Assembly: GCF_032191835.1 (NCBI RefSeq)
Contig: NC_083235.1
Location: forward strand, 57,412,001 to 57,476,000
Source of the DNA: Heteronotia binoei
Taxonomy: Eukaryota
Direction: 5' to 3'
DNA length: 64,000 nucleotides
A program made the position numbers and the translations under genes. Shown piece by piece: positions 1-12,530 of the stretch. How positions within the stretch are numbered: the first letter of the stretch is position 1; every line of letters begins with the position of its first letter. The notes beneath the pieces are model-generated. The model saw nothing but the letters and a program-made list of their open reading frames with translations, searched no databases and had not been told where the DNA came from.

Positions 1-844
1 TTGAGTGAAAGAACCAATAAACCTCCTACTAGGAAGAAATTAACAACCAGTAGAGGACACCTTTTAAAGAGTAAGCAAACTGGATTGGGGTGGGTGGGAG
101 CGGTGGTGCTGCTCACTGCTAGTAATGTCATGCACACAATCTAGTCAGCATTGCGACAGTCATGCAACCACAGACTTCATGCACCACTATCCTCGATAAA
201 TATGACGTTTTCCCAGCAGTGGCAAATAGCTATTGAAGTACTAGGAAAAGTGTGATTTTCCTGCAAGGGAAGCTCTGTCATTTTTGACATGAAAGTATCT
301 GGAGATCCACAGTATCACTGCAAACAATGGCCATAATCTTGAAGTTAAGTGTAGTGTCAATAATGAATGGAAGTGCCCCTGCACTGCTGAGTTTATAGTA
401 TAAACCATCAATCACTTCTGGCCTTACCATATTGTGCCATATTTGTTTTTGGTTTCGTTTTTTTTGCACTGGAAGCAGGGCCCGGTATACCTGGTAGGCA
501 GATCAGGCAAAGATCAACATATTTCCCCAAATCAAACTGGAAGTTGATGTATATTGCTGCATCCAAATCTTGTCTTGAACCTCAAAGCCATTGCTCATTA
601 GTAGCAGCCAGTGAAGTGGCGTGTGGACTCTGGCCCGTCCTACTGAACTATGCAGGGGAGCCAAACTTTAGCATGCTCAGCGACATAATGTTAAAATGTC
701 CTCTTGACCATCATTTGCCAAGCAACTCTTCCTCAATTATCTTATGCTAGTCTCACAGTTTTGTGTAATTTAAACTCACACCCATTCTCTGCCCAACTCT
801 GGGAGCCTTTTAATCCTGTTTTTTTTTAAAAAAATAAATAAATA

Positions 845-1141
845 AAGAAGAAGAAGATATTGGATTTATATCCCGCCCTCCACTCCGAAGAGTCTCAGAG
901 CGGCTCACAATCTCCTTTACCTTCCTCCCCCACAACAGACACCCTGTGAGGTGGGTGGGGCTGGAGAGGGCTCTCACAGCAGCTGCCCTTTCAAGGACAA
1001 CCTCTGCCAGAGCTGTGGCTGACCCAAGGCCATGCTAGCAGGTGCAAGTGGAGGAGTGGGGAATCAAACCCAGTTCTCCCAGATAAGAGTCCGCACACTT
1101 AACCACTACACCAAACTGGCTCTCCCTACACCAAACTGGCT
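845..1141 (-). mobile_element. tRNA-derived SINE, Squam3-like, full length and young
   Basis: On the minus strand: A box TGGTGTAGTGG (1103-1113), B box GGTTTGATTCC (1060-1070), an L2-like 3' end (GGGCGGGATATAAAT) and a (CTT)n tail. The 16-bp head is duplicated (1106-1121 and 1126-1141). Nearly identical to the copy at 55817-56094. Confidence 0.9.
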
Positions 1142-4100
1142 AATAAACAAATTAGCATTTTGATAACTTTCGCTTACATTGGAACAAGTTTTGCAAAAAA
1201 AAAATAACATTCAGTTTGAGAGTTTTTAGAAATTCTTGAGTCAGTGTCTTAATATGCTGCTATTTAGTTAACCATTCTGATAGTTCTACTAGGTTCAGTA
1301 AGAAATACATCACCAAGTTGGGATGAAATTCCCATGGATTCCACCCCTCACCTAAGGAATCAAAAAAGAAAAGGCACCCCTGTTTTAAGAGAAAATTCAG
1401 ATTCTGCCATGTAGTGTGGGCCGAGGGGGTTGTGATGACACTGAGGGTCTCAAAACAGTGGGTTTGGAAATGTTATCTTTCCCTCTTTTTTAATAAAAAA
1501 AATGGGGTACACAGGCTCGTGATCTAAGGTCTTTCTCTTCCAACCTAACCTTGCAGTATGCTGATAATTTCAGCATTTTCCTCCCATCCCAAATGCCTGT
1601 ATTAGAGGCAGTCCAGCAGAAAATATTTTTCAAGCACAGGAAGACAAGTGATAAGGCAGCCCCACCCCCTTATCAGCATGTTCTAGTTTTGATTACACTC
1701 CTGCTTTCTTGATCTGTGGGTGGAAGGGGCTGCCTTTCTTCCCCCCCCCCCCCCCCAGCAAGGTGAAGAGTAGTCGTGAGGGAGGGCAGAGGGGTGCAGT
1801 CACATGCTCTTACATAAAATTAAAGAGACACTAAGCCTGATTCCTCAGAAATGTTATCTTGATCTCTGATCTCTCACACACAGAAAAGACCTGGATGCTG
1901 GATTCAAACTGTCCCATTCACCTGCAGCCTGCCTAGCCTGCCCGCATGCAACACCTTCGCTTATCTGTCCTGCAGACACCCTACGGGCATCACTGGCAGA
2001 GGCAAGGCCGTGTAGCTTGGCTCTCCCATCTACGAAGCTGGTGAGCTCCTGTCAAGGGAGGGAAGCCTGAACCTCTGCCTCAGACACTTTCTGTTCTGTG
2101 AATGTTGAGTATTTAAACAAAATCAAAAAGTCCTTCCCAAGCCATTCATATTTTGACAACTAGTGCAAAATGGGAACACTTTGCACAGAAATGCCAATGA
2201 AGACAATTGTATTTGGTGGAAACACTGAAAACTGTTCTGGTTGGATAACAAATCTTCCATACATATTTGTGCTGAGTCACATTGTTTCTTTGCTGCCTCC
2301 TTGCTGTTTTCTGCCTGGTCAGCTGAACCTGACAGGGATGGTGCCAGAATAACTGTCTGAAAATAATTCTGGTTGAATTAATGGCATTTACAATATTCAA
2401 AAAATATGCATGCGTTTCATCCACATTTTGATTATTGAAGTTCTGACTGCACATCCCTAAAACATACAAAAGGAGAGAGGAGAGATGGACAGATTGCTTA
2501 CCAGGACCAGGTGAATTTTACAAAGTACATTTTATGAACTGTCTCTGCTCATGCCCCCAGAATATACAAATGCAATAGGCAAAGATAGAAAACAAATTCT
2601 GTTTGTTTCACATACATTTGACACTTAGGTAGAAAATTTGAAATGGGAACATGAATTGTGAATAGTAATGAGCCAGCCAACTAACTCTCACTTCTCTTGT
2701 GTCCCTCTTGCAAGGATCCAACAGCATAGCCTTTCAGACTGAACCATACATACATTGGCTTACCTGGCACTGACAGTCCTCTTACCACTGCCAATCAAGG
2801 TGCAGCAAGTAGTATTCCCAGTGGCAAGATGAGACCTATTATCTACGGCTACATTCACCCATCCATTATCTTAGCTCAACTTAGCTTCTTTGTCCCTCTG
2901 GGAGATATGGCAGTATTACAAGTCATTGCAGGAAGGGTCTGAGTACTAGACAGGATTCCTTGGTTATATTTTCTCTAGCTATTTTGCCTCTGATCCTTTT
3001 ACAATCATCACTTTGGGAGGTGTCATTTCTCAGGTTGCTGTTATCATCCTCTTCCAAGGCACATATCTGGCACAGCTTTGAGAAGTTCTGCTCATAATTT
3101 CCCATCTTCCAGGTGGTGATGATTCTGTGCCAGGTTGTCAGACATAAAAATCATAAAGATTCATTTTAGGATGGAGCTTGATAGATTTATGGGTGGTATC
3201 ATTTAAGGGGCTTGGCATAGGAGGGAAACTCATTTGTAATGTAGAACCTTGCCTGCAAAAGTCAAGAAGAATTTCTACTCCCATCTATTTTCAGTTTGGT
3301 CTGTTTGCCCCCCCCCCCCTTCTCTAGAGTAATGATTCTTAAAGTATTAGGCAGTCAGGCTTCCACAGAAAAACATGCTATGCAATCCTGATTAGAATCA
3401 CACCCTTCTAAGTCTACTCAAGTCAGTAGGCTTAGAAAGGTGTAACTCTTCCTAGGGTTGTGTGGATGAATGAGTGCCAAGGTAGGCAAATGACTAGGGC
3501 AGGAAACATGGTGCAAAACCATACTCGCCTGCTTAATGTAATACCTTGTTCTGTCCCAGTCTGTTGTACTTATTACAGTTTTTGACACAAGAATTTGCAA
3601 CCCTACATTGCTTCATACAGGTACAAGATGCTAAAGATTATTGACTCTGTGCTCCCCCCATCCTTGTTGTCTGTTCACACCCAGACCATTGAGAAAACAG
3701 AGCACTGCTGGATGAGTGAGACATCATGGCTACATCAAGGGAGTTCACTGTGATCAGCCTTGTCCTGTAGCTTGAGAACCAGCAGTGACTGGAGATGGGA
3801 TACAGCTGAATGAAGTTCCTTGGTGTAGAAATAAAGAGAATAGATGCAGCCACACATAGCTTTTTGCTGTCTTTTGGTCATGTGTGGGATCCCAGTGGTC
3901 ATCTAATCCAAAAGAAAACTGGTTTACATCTCCATTTGCTCAGCCAAAAGTATGGTTGCTGGGTTTGCTTTTTACTAGTTCCTTGACCTGTTTTTCAGCA
4001 GTGCATGGTTTATTTGCAAAGTTTTCTTCTGTGCTGTGACAAATGATGTTTTGGCTGATGTACCTAAATGTAATCTCTAAAGAGTGTTGAGATAAGGAGG

Positions 4101-5139
4101 ATCCTGTTTCAGTTCTGGTGGTTAGACCAGATGGCCTTCAAACCACTTCTAATATACTACTCTTCTTTTGTCTGTAAAAATGTGTATGCTTGTATGTTAA
4201 CCTTCTGTCACTGACCGCCAGAGGAATGGGGGTCACTGGGAGGCTGCACCCCTTCCCTCCCAAGAAGAACACTAGGGCAAGGCTCCAGCCCTTGGCCAGG
4301 GAATGAGCAGCCACAAGGAGTGTTCTCTCCCCTTTCCTGTGACAAATAACTCTGACAATTGTGCTGAGGCTGCAGAAGTGAAGGGAAGGGCACTTTGTCA
4401 TCAACCAAAGGAATCAGAGTCACAGGATAGATGCACAGCCTCCTTCCAAGGAGGAATAGCAGCAAGGAAAGACCAGCTCAGACCCCAACTGTACATAAAT
4501 TTTACCTTCATTCTGACAATGTCATAATAGTCTCCCTTTCCTGTCTTTGCCCTCTGCTTTACTCCACTTCCCTTGTACATCTTTCCTTTTTAGTCTGTGA
4601 GCCTGAGGCCTGACTCTCTCAAGAGACAATTGTCTGAGAAATGCCACTGATGCACAATAAATATATACCTGATGGAGAGCAAATGCTAATGGCTGCAGCT
4701 GCAGTTATGTACTTTCCAAGCCTATTTTGTGTTTAGTGTGTTACTGTAACAAAGAAAAGAGGACGACTTTCCCTTGTACCAATGATTGGTCAGTTTTATG
4801 TCTTGAACCGCAAATTTTCTTCAGTCTCCCAAAAAGAAACTTGGATTTGATTATAAAGAAACCTGTGTAGAGGATCTGGTTATATACGAATGTAGTAGTT
4901 AATTTTAAATGACAAATTAATTAATTGGTCAAGAGGCAGGTGATTACTCAAGTAAAAACAAATCTACCTGGTTGACACTCCTAATTATTTTACATTTATA
5001 TACCAATCTTAATTTTGTGATTGGAATAGATTACATTAATAAAGCAAAAACAGATTAGAGAAATTCATAGCGGATATTTATATTGATAGCTGTAACAGCC
5101 AAGAATAGAATTCAGAGATAGAATAGAACCTCCAGTTCA

Positions 5140-5300
5140 GAGGTAGTGTACCACAGATCTCCAAATGCTTGGAACAAACAATACAATATATCTATTTTCC
5201 TTGTGCACTACCTGAATTCTTCCCAAAAGCATCTGCTTGACCACTGTTGAAGACAGAATCCCGGACAAGATGGACACTAGTCTGATCCAGCAGTGCTTTT
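5140..5300 (+). mobile_element. CR1 LINE 3' UTR relic
   Basis: Degraded match to the CR1 3' end (gaacctcc..ttcagaggtagt...ggacaagatggacactagtctgatccagca). Confidence 0.65.
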
Positions 5301-5589
5301 AAATCGATGCAAAATTGCCCTTATATTATTATGAATGTAGTCTCCTTGGAGCTGATTTTCATCACAGATGAAGCCTAGGTCTGATAAAAGTATGCCTATG
5401 ATTTCTGATAGCAAGCCTCTAGAATGTCCCTTATTTTGAATGTGGTCTATTTCTCATCTACCAGTATTCTGAATGTAAAGGGAATTCTGTGGCTAGGATT
5501 CAAAAAACCATGCAACTAGTTCTTCAAGCTGCATAGGCATGGAATTCTGCTTTGAAAAGGAGAGAAGTTTCAAAAGCCATGTGAATGTA

Positions 5590-5775
5590 TGAAGCTACCT
5601 TATGCTGGCTATCTTACCTCAATGTGTTCTCTGACTGGCAACTTCACTCCAAGGACTCTGGCAGATAAACCTCTTTTCCTGCACCTGCCATCTGAGATCT
5701 TTTCACTGGAGATATCAGGGACATAACCTAGAACCTTCAGCACACAAAGCAGGTGCTCTACTACCGAGCCATGGA
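5590..5775 (-). mobile_element. tRNA-derived SINE, Squam2-like, degraded
   Basis: Minus strand reads ggctcggtagtagagcacctgctttgtgtgctgaaggttctagg...tgccagtcagag. Same family as 19311-19445 and 34076-34290. Confidence 0.6.
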
Positions 5776-6852
5776 TTGTCCCTGTTTATTTGACATGATA
5801 TGCCCTTGTCAGAGTCAAAGTAAAAATGTTCTCTAGCCTAGTAGATAACTCCTCATGTAAGCCTAAGCAGATCACCCCTCCCAGTCCAGCCAAAATGTCT
5901 TGATATTTTGTTAATGGGTATTTTGGGGAAAGAATGCCCACAATTTCAACCATGAATATGAGTTTGGGCAGAACTTTAGTGTTTCCTTTTCTGCCATCAG
6001 AACCATAGCAAAAGTGGAGTAAGATTGTGTGTGTGTTTTCTTTTTGGATGTCTCCCTTGTCTTCCTGAAACATGCTAAGTAGGAACCCTCAAGGGAAGTC
6101 ATAGGATTCCTGTGCAGGTCTGTTGTAATTTCTGTCTTCTCTTCCCTTTTGCTGTATACAAAACCTTCCTGGCGTCAGACAGATGTATGGCAGGGCCCAA
6201 TGAAGAAATTCAGTGAGGAGTTTGCAACATAAATTAAAACAAATTGCATTTTTATATAGCAAATAAGGGCAGTTTTATAGTTTTTATTGCATAACAACCA
6301 TTAATGAAGTGCAGTTTCAGGGGGCCTTAATTGCTCAGAGACTAAAGTTCAATTCATATCTTCAGTGCACTCTAGAAAGATGCAATGTGTCATTGGTCAC
6401 ATACCAGGCATATTAGAAATGTAAAATAAATTATTGTCACTATTAGGAAAATGGGAAAGAAGGGGCTCTATTTATCCCATCTATTTATATAAAGGGTGGC
6501 TGAGCACCATAGAAATAATGTTTTAAAAACTCCTATAAGAAAAGTGAAGGCACCAAGAAAATTTTTCAGATAACCTGACACATTGAAAATGGTCAAGCAG
6601 AATCCCAAGACTGGAAACTTTGGGTGGATATCAGAACCTGAAGAACCATCTGTATTTCCCCACAGGGTGCCGAGATACCTTTGTGAGGAAATGTAGGTGG
6701 TTTTTCAGGACAATGAGGCAAGAACACAAAGCTATTCAACAAGGCCAGTTCCTGTTTGCCTGAAGGAGCAGCAGTCTCTGGCAAATTTGAGAAGGACCGA
6801 GAGCTGTGTTTCTCTGTGCACCTGCCAACACATTCTGAGATGCATCTCTCGA

Positions 6853-7250
6853 TCATAAGAACAATTCTGTTGGATCAGGGCTTACCTAGTCCAGTCCAGC
6901 ATGGTGTTTTCAACAGTGGCCAATCAGTTGTCTTTTACAAGCCCTCACCTGTATGTCCCTAATATCTGTGGTTCAGAGGTCATTGCCTCTGACCATGAAG
7001 GTTCCATTTAGTATCCATGATGACTAGATATATATACCACATGCATTTTCCTAATCTGGTGTCATCTGTGTTTGTGATTACCACCATATCTTTTGGTTGT
7101 GAATTCCATATGTTAATTATATGCTGTGTGAAGAAGTACTTCCTTTTGTATGTTTTTTTTTATATTGGGTGACCCTGAATGTGGATATAAAGAGGGAAAA
7201 GAAGTCTCTCTGCCTGCCCTCTCTATAGCCATAAACCCTTGCCCTTTATT
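6853..7250 (-). mobile_element. CR1 LINE 3' end relic
   Basis: cataagaac tail followed by ttggatcagg..ccagtccagcat..aacagtggccaatcag, homologous to the CR1 3' end at about 23075. Confidence 0.65.
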
Positions 7251-9291
7251 ATCATGTTCTTAAGAATGTGGCTTGTGTGGTGTTGCTCTTTGGGCAGTAA
7301 AATATTCTGAGTAGTGGCTTGATTACCTGGAACTAAGCCTGGATTTGCACTAGCATCTCCTCACTCCTATATTCTGCTCTTCCCACCATGAGGCTGGAGA
7401 GTCTACCCTTCCCTGATTCTCCTGTTGCTTGTTGTTGTTAAATAAAAATAATTGTATGATGCCAGTAGGAGAGACAAAGCATATAGAGGAAGCCAGTGGG
7501 GACAGCCTAGTATTGAAGCTGGATAGTTTACACTAACTTCTGCTCAGCAACAACTGCTGTCTTACTTGGCGGCTAAATGTATACATTTATTAAATAAGGT
7601 TCAAAACATGACAAGTCTAATCCGCATTACAAATTGTAAGAAGGGTATTATGCTCCACAATGCACAGTTGTACCCGTTCCATCACAAAGTGGTCGTGTTC
7701 ATCTTTATGTCCGGTACATTACATCCGATACATTTGACATACTATGTTAGCTAGATTACATTCAATGCAATACATTGCATATGATGTTATACAAGATGTT
7801 CTTCTGATAGAGTCTGTCCAGTGAAGCATATGGAAATCATTCCTTTGGCAGTCTTACGACATCTTCTGGGTGTCCACAATCAAGTGGTAGCATGGGATCT
7901 CTCATACAGTGATTCCTGCAGAGTTCACTCAAATACACTCACACAAGTCCATATCAACACAGAGAACCTGAACAATGTCCTTGGCTTCCCATAGTTTGCA
8001 GCTGCAGAGACTGGGATGAGCTGTTGCTTTCTCTCCTGGCCAATCAGGATGCCCAACTGGACGAATCAGAGAGGAGATTACAATGCCCTTGACAACTTCA
8101 TGTTGCGTCCTCGGAAAACCAGTCTCCAAGTCTGGGAGCCGCTGATCTATATCTGTAATTCTGCCAGTGCTTTTCAAAGACAGTATTGTGTCTCAGTGTT
8201 GCTGACCTAATATTATCAGAAGCTGCCTTGTAGTTTTGTGGATTTCATACGGTCCAAGATCATGAAACTTGAGGCAGAATAATAGAAAAAAACTGCTTTT
8301 CCCTACTCAAGACCATCCAGAGTTTCCTACAATGAAACGTGTAAATGGAACAGCCAAACAAGTCTAGAGTTCAGAAACAAAAATGTTCCACAACTTGCTT
8401 TCTTAACTCATCATTTTTCATGTGTAATTTCCCACACATCTTGGGGTTTTCAAAAGGACCTGGACCCCAATTTATTTTTAAAATATATTTGAGGGGGATG
8501 ATTAACCCTATACACAGGCGGGGGGAGGGGCTCTCTTATTTTTCCCTGGAAGGATTGACACCCCCCTGCCCTTTGTGCTCAGAACTGTCAACATGAAGGG
8601 AAGCCAGAGACCCTGACTCTCTGCAGAGATTCTCCCACAAGGGGGTAAGTCCTATAATGTTTAACATCAAAACAAAGAGGCCCTTTTCTGCTAAAGGAGC
8701 CAAGCTGCTGAAACGGTAACTACACAGCCTTGTTATCTCTGCTCTCCATAGAATACCATCCTCAGCAAGGCTGGTTGGCTTGTTTAATTTTTAACGAAGT
8801 TCTGATTGCTGTTTGGAAAAGGGGATAGAAAAACAAAGAGTTCCCTCCCCAACCCTGAAACTAATCTTAAGACTCTGATGCTGTTTCCCATTTGCTTCTT
8901 AAAATAGCAATTAATTTTATTTTTAAGTAGGAAATGAAGACATTCCAGAAGAGTAGCCGTGTTTGTTTGCCACAAGAAAAAGACAGAAGTGTTGTTCCGC
9001 TTCACAAGCTAATTTATTGTTGCTGTGGATTTTCATACTAAGCTAGACCCTCGTATCCCAGGATCTAGGATAGTCGCGTCTGCTTTTTTAAAAACAAAAC
9101 CTAAGCTTTTATTCGTGTGGATGTAGTCATTCATTGAAGTTTACTCCAGATGAAAACTGCTCATTACATAGCACTGAAGAAACTTAAAAAGAAACAATCA
9201 GCTGGCAAAATAATAAAATCCAGCTTCATACCAGTTTAAAATTAGTCACATGACAGCAAGTCTTAGCCTGAGAGCGTATAACAAAGGCTTT

Positions 9292-9544
9292 TGTTGTGTC
9301 TGGCATTTGTCCAGGAAAGTACAACACCGTGTGCCTGTGGACGGTGCCTGGAAGGGACGAACGCAGCCCACCTATGGCGATCAGTGGCAGGAAGTTTAAC
9401 TGGCCAGGATTGGACCTGACCAGGAAGTAGGTTGTTCCGGGAAATGTATATAATGGGGGACCCGGTCCTGCCATGTTCTCTTTGTGATGTAATCGCTAAT
9501 AAAGCATATTGCCATCTAAACGTCTCCAACCTCAGTACATTACA
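9292..9544 (+). repeat. 5' LTR of the Gypsy element
   Basis: TGTTG...TTACA termini, TATATAA at 9447-9453 and AATAAA at 9498-9503, immediately followed by the primer-binding site. Confidence 0.9.
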
Positions 9545-9545
9545 C

Positions 9546-9563
9546 TGGCGACAAAGGTAGGAT
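9546..9563 (+). other. Primer-binding site, probably tRNA-Ser(GCT)
   Basis: TGGCGACAAAGGTAGGAT matches TGGCGACGAGGATGGGAT (the tRNA-Ser(GCT) 3' end as I recall it) at 14 of 18 positions. Confidence 0.7.
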
Positions 9564-9567
9564 ACCG

Positions 9568-10203
9568 GTGGTGAGCAGAAAGCAGCCTCCAGCCGCCCGC
9601 AAGTCCTGCGCTCCGAGCTCTAGTGCTTCCGCGGCTGAGGCCATGACTACTGCTCCCGGACAAACCCTACCGGCATTCAACGTCACCCGGCTCAACTTAT
9701 GGGAATCATGGGTAGACCGGATCAACTACTACATAGAGCTGCACAAAATGGAGGCAGCGACAGAGAAGAAGGCGCTTCTCCTGAGTTCATGTGGGGTGGA
9801 GACCATCCAGCTGATGAAGCGACTCATTGCGCCAACCACCCTTGCAAGGGCCATCTACAACCAGCTGGTCGAGGCATTGATGAACCACATAGCACCCCAG
9901 CTGTCCCATCTCACACACAGGCACGCATTCTACACGAGACAGCAGGGACAAGCTGAGTCCACCACCACCAACAAGAGGCCCCAGTACACACACCACAACT
10001 CGACAGACACACACACGACGGCCTCAAACAGCATCCAGGTAATGAACTTGCCCCTGGACACCCCCGACAAGGTCAAAGTGCAGGTCTTGATCGAGGGGGG
10101 TCCCTGCCAGATGGAATTGGAATTGGACATGGGATCCTCCATCTTCATAATTTCGGAGAAGACCCTCAGTAAACTCTGCCCCCACAACCGGCTGGCCCTA
10201 TAG
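9568..10203 (+). pseudogene. Gypsy gag-protease remnant
   Basis: Gag-like WESWVDRINYY...KKALLLSSCG...HAFYTRQQGQAES is joined directly to protease-like VQVLIEGGPCQMELELDMGSSIFII. The intervening nucleocapsid region is missing. Confidence 0.85.
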
Positions 10204-10315
10204 CTCGCAGAGTTCATATTGTGGGAATTTCAAAAGAATCCAGCGCAGATCATGGGGTGGGCCAGAGTTAGGATGGAGTTCAAAAATTTTAAAGGGGTTC
10301 TAGACCCCCACTCTT

Positions 10316-12163
10316 TTGGGATTGGCTTGGTTTAAGCCCCTGGACATGCAGACCCACAATTTTGACCAAGTGTGCTGGGAGTTCCCAGAAGTATTCGATG
10401 GGGTTCTGGGAACCTACAAGGGGCCACCTATCGCACTGCAGTGGGACCCCACGGTTAGGCCCTTAAGGCTGAAGGCTCGGTGGGTTCCGTTTGCACTTAA
10501 GCCAAAAATCGAAGCTGAACTGAACTGCCTCGTGGCCCAGGGGGTGCTAGAGCCCGTCTCCCATGCCACTTGGGAAACCCCCATAGTCCCCCCAGTCAAG
10601 CTGAATGGGGACGTGTGCATCTGTGCAGACTACAAATGGACAATAAATAAAGTACTAGAGGACCACCCATACCCTATCCCAGTGGTCAGCCATGTCCTCG
10701 CCTCTCTGGCCGGCTCTAAGATTTTTGGAAAGCTGGATTTGGCTCAAGCATACCAACAAGTTCCGGTGGATGAGCAAACGGCTGAGGCACAGACCATAGT
10801 TACGCACCGGAGTGCTTTCAAATTGCAGTGGCTACAATTTGGGGTCAGCATGGCTCCGGAAAATTTCCAGAGCTTAATGGACTCTCTCCTTAAAGGGATT
10901 CCCAGAGTACAACCCTTTTTCGATGATGTTCTGATAGCGGCACCCGACGCCGATGAGTTCTGTCGCTGCCTTGGAGAGGTGCTCCACCGTTTCCAGAATG
11001 CAGGTCTCAAGGTGAAGTGGGAGAAGTGCTCGCTTGGGGTGCCAAGGGTGGAGTTCCTGGGGTTTGCGGTGGATGCCATGGGAATTCACCCAACGGCCAA
11101 CATGACCAGAGCGATAGTCCAGGCCCCAGCCCCCATTTGCAAGGCAGAGCTGCAAAGTTTTTTGGGGCTCCTGAACTTTTACCACTCATTCTTGCCCCAC
11201 AAAGCAGCCCTGGCCAAACCCCTACACAGACTCCTAGACAAGGGCGCCCCATGGGTTTGGGGAAGAAAGCAGGCTGCGGCCTTCCAGGCGGTCAAGGACA
11301 TCTTGGTTTCAAATGAGGTACTCCACCATTTTGACGAGTCCCTCCCCATCATTTTAGCCTGCGATTCTTCCCCTTATGGAGTGGGCACTGTCCTGGGCCA
11401 CCAACTCCTCGATGGGAGAGAGGTCCCCGTGGTTTATTACTCTCAGACATTGAACCAGACTGAGCGCAATTACGCCCAAATAGATAAGGATGAATTGGCA
11501 ATCGTGGCGGGCGTATACAGATTCAACAGCTACCTGTATGGTAGGCACTTCACGATTGTCACAGACCACAAGCCACTGCTTGGCATACTTGCCCCAGACT
11601 GCCAGACGCCACATATCCTGTCACAGCGGGTCCTGCGGTGGAACGAGTTCCTCAACATACACCTACAAGCTCGTCTAATGCCCTGGCAAGGCAATGGGCC
11701 ATGCAGACGCCTTCCGCTGCCAGAGATGGACCCCGATCCAGCCCTGGCCCACCACGGAATGCTTCTGGAGTCTCTACCAGAGCAGCCCCTCCATGCAGCT
11801 GAGGTAGCCAGGTCCACGGGTAGAGACTGCATACTTGCACGTGTTTCAGACTGGGTGGGGAGGGGTTGGCCCACGGGCAAATTGTATGCTGAATTCAGAC
11901 CATTTGTTTCCCACCGGGAGGAACTCTCCTTACACAAAGGGTGTATTCTTTGGAGCAGCAGAGTGGTGATCCCTCCCCCACTCCGGAAGCAAGTGCTCGA
12001 AGCCTTGCACGAGACACACCCGGGGATAGTGCATATGAAAGCTCTGGCACGGAACTATGTATGGTGGCCAGGGATGGATGAAGAGATAGAGGGGTGGGTT
12101 AGGAGGTGCCCGCCCTGCCAAGAGTCCCGGCCAAATCTGCCTGGCACCCCTGTTCACTGCTAA
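10316..12163 (+). pseudogene. Gypsy pol (RT, RNase H, integrase zinc finger), 615-aa open frame
   Basis: WETPIVPPVK, LDLAQAYQQ, FFDD (10916-10927), LACDSSPYGVG (RNase H) and HETHPGIVHMKALARNYVWWPGMDEEIEGWVRRCPPC (HHCC zinc finger). Confidence 0.93.
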
Positions 12164-12167
12164 TCGG

Positions 12168-12530
12168 GTGCCATGGTCCTGGCTACACTTAGACTTTGCG
12201 GGGCCATACCAGAGGCAAATATTCTTTATCTTGGTGAAGTGGCTGGAGGTCATCCCAGTTGCTTCCACCTCCACCGTGGCCGCAGTCAGAGTCTTATGGA
12301 GGGTTTTTTGCACCCACAGAATCCCTGACACCGTAGTGACAGACAACAGCACCGCTTTTACCTCCCGGGAATTCCAGGAATTCCTGAATAGGTACCTCAT
12401 CCGCCACATTTGGTCCGCTCTCTTTCACCCCGCCACTAACAGCCAAGCGGAGCACATGGTTCGCACAACCAAGGAGGCCCTGGGTTGCATAGTCCAAGGA
12501 GATTGGGACCACCGACTGTCCACCTTCCTA
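12168..12530 (+). pseudogene. Gypsy integrase core (rve), truncated
   Basis: PWSWLHLDFAGP...VVTDNSTAFTSREFQEFL...HPATNSQAEHMVRT. Homology ends at DWDHRLSTFL. Confidence 0.9.

Larger units (their letters stand above)
9292..12530 (+). mobile_element. Gypsy/Ty3 LTR retrotransposon (K02A2.6-like pol), 3'-truncated with an internal gag deletion
   Basis: 5' LTR, primer-binding site, gag, aspartic protease, RT, RNase H and integrase occur in Gypsy order. The sequence breaks off inside the integrase core at about 12530 and no 3' LTR is present. Confidence 0.95.

Noticed and set aside
428-490. 63-nt minus-strand exon candidate (ccag|...|gtaagg)
   Set aside because: No frame gives a recognisable peptide, the acceptor is weak and no partner exons were found.
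7757-8535. Minus frame with about 260 codons interrupted only by TGA (alternative code or selenoprotein?)
   Set aside because: TGA is the commonest stop triplet in CpG-depleted DNA. No protein family or SECIS element is recognisable, and such a run is plausible given the number of frames examined.
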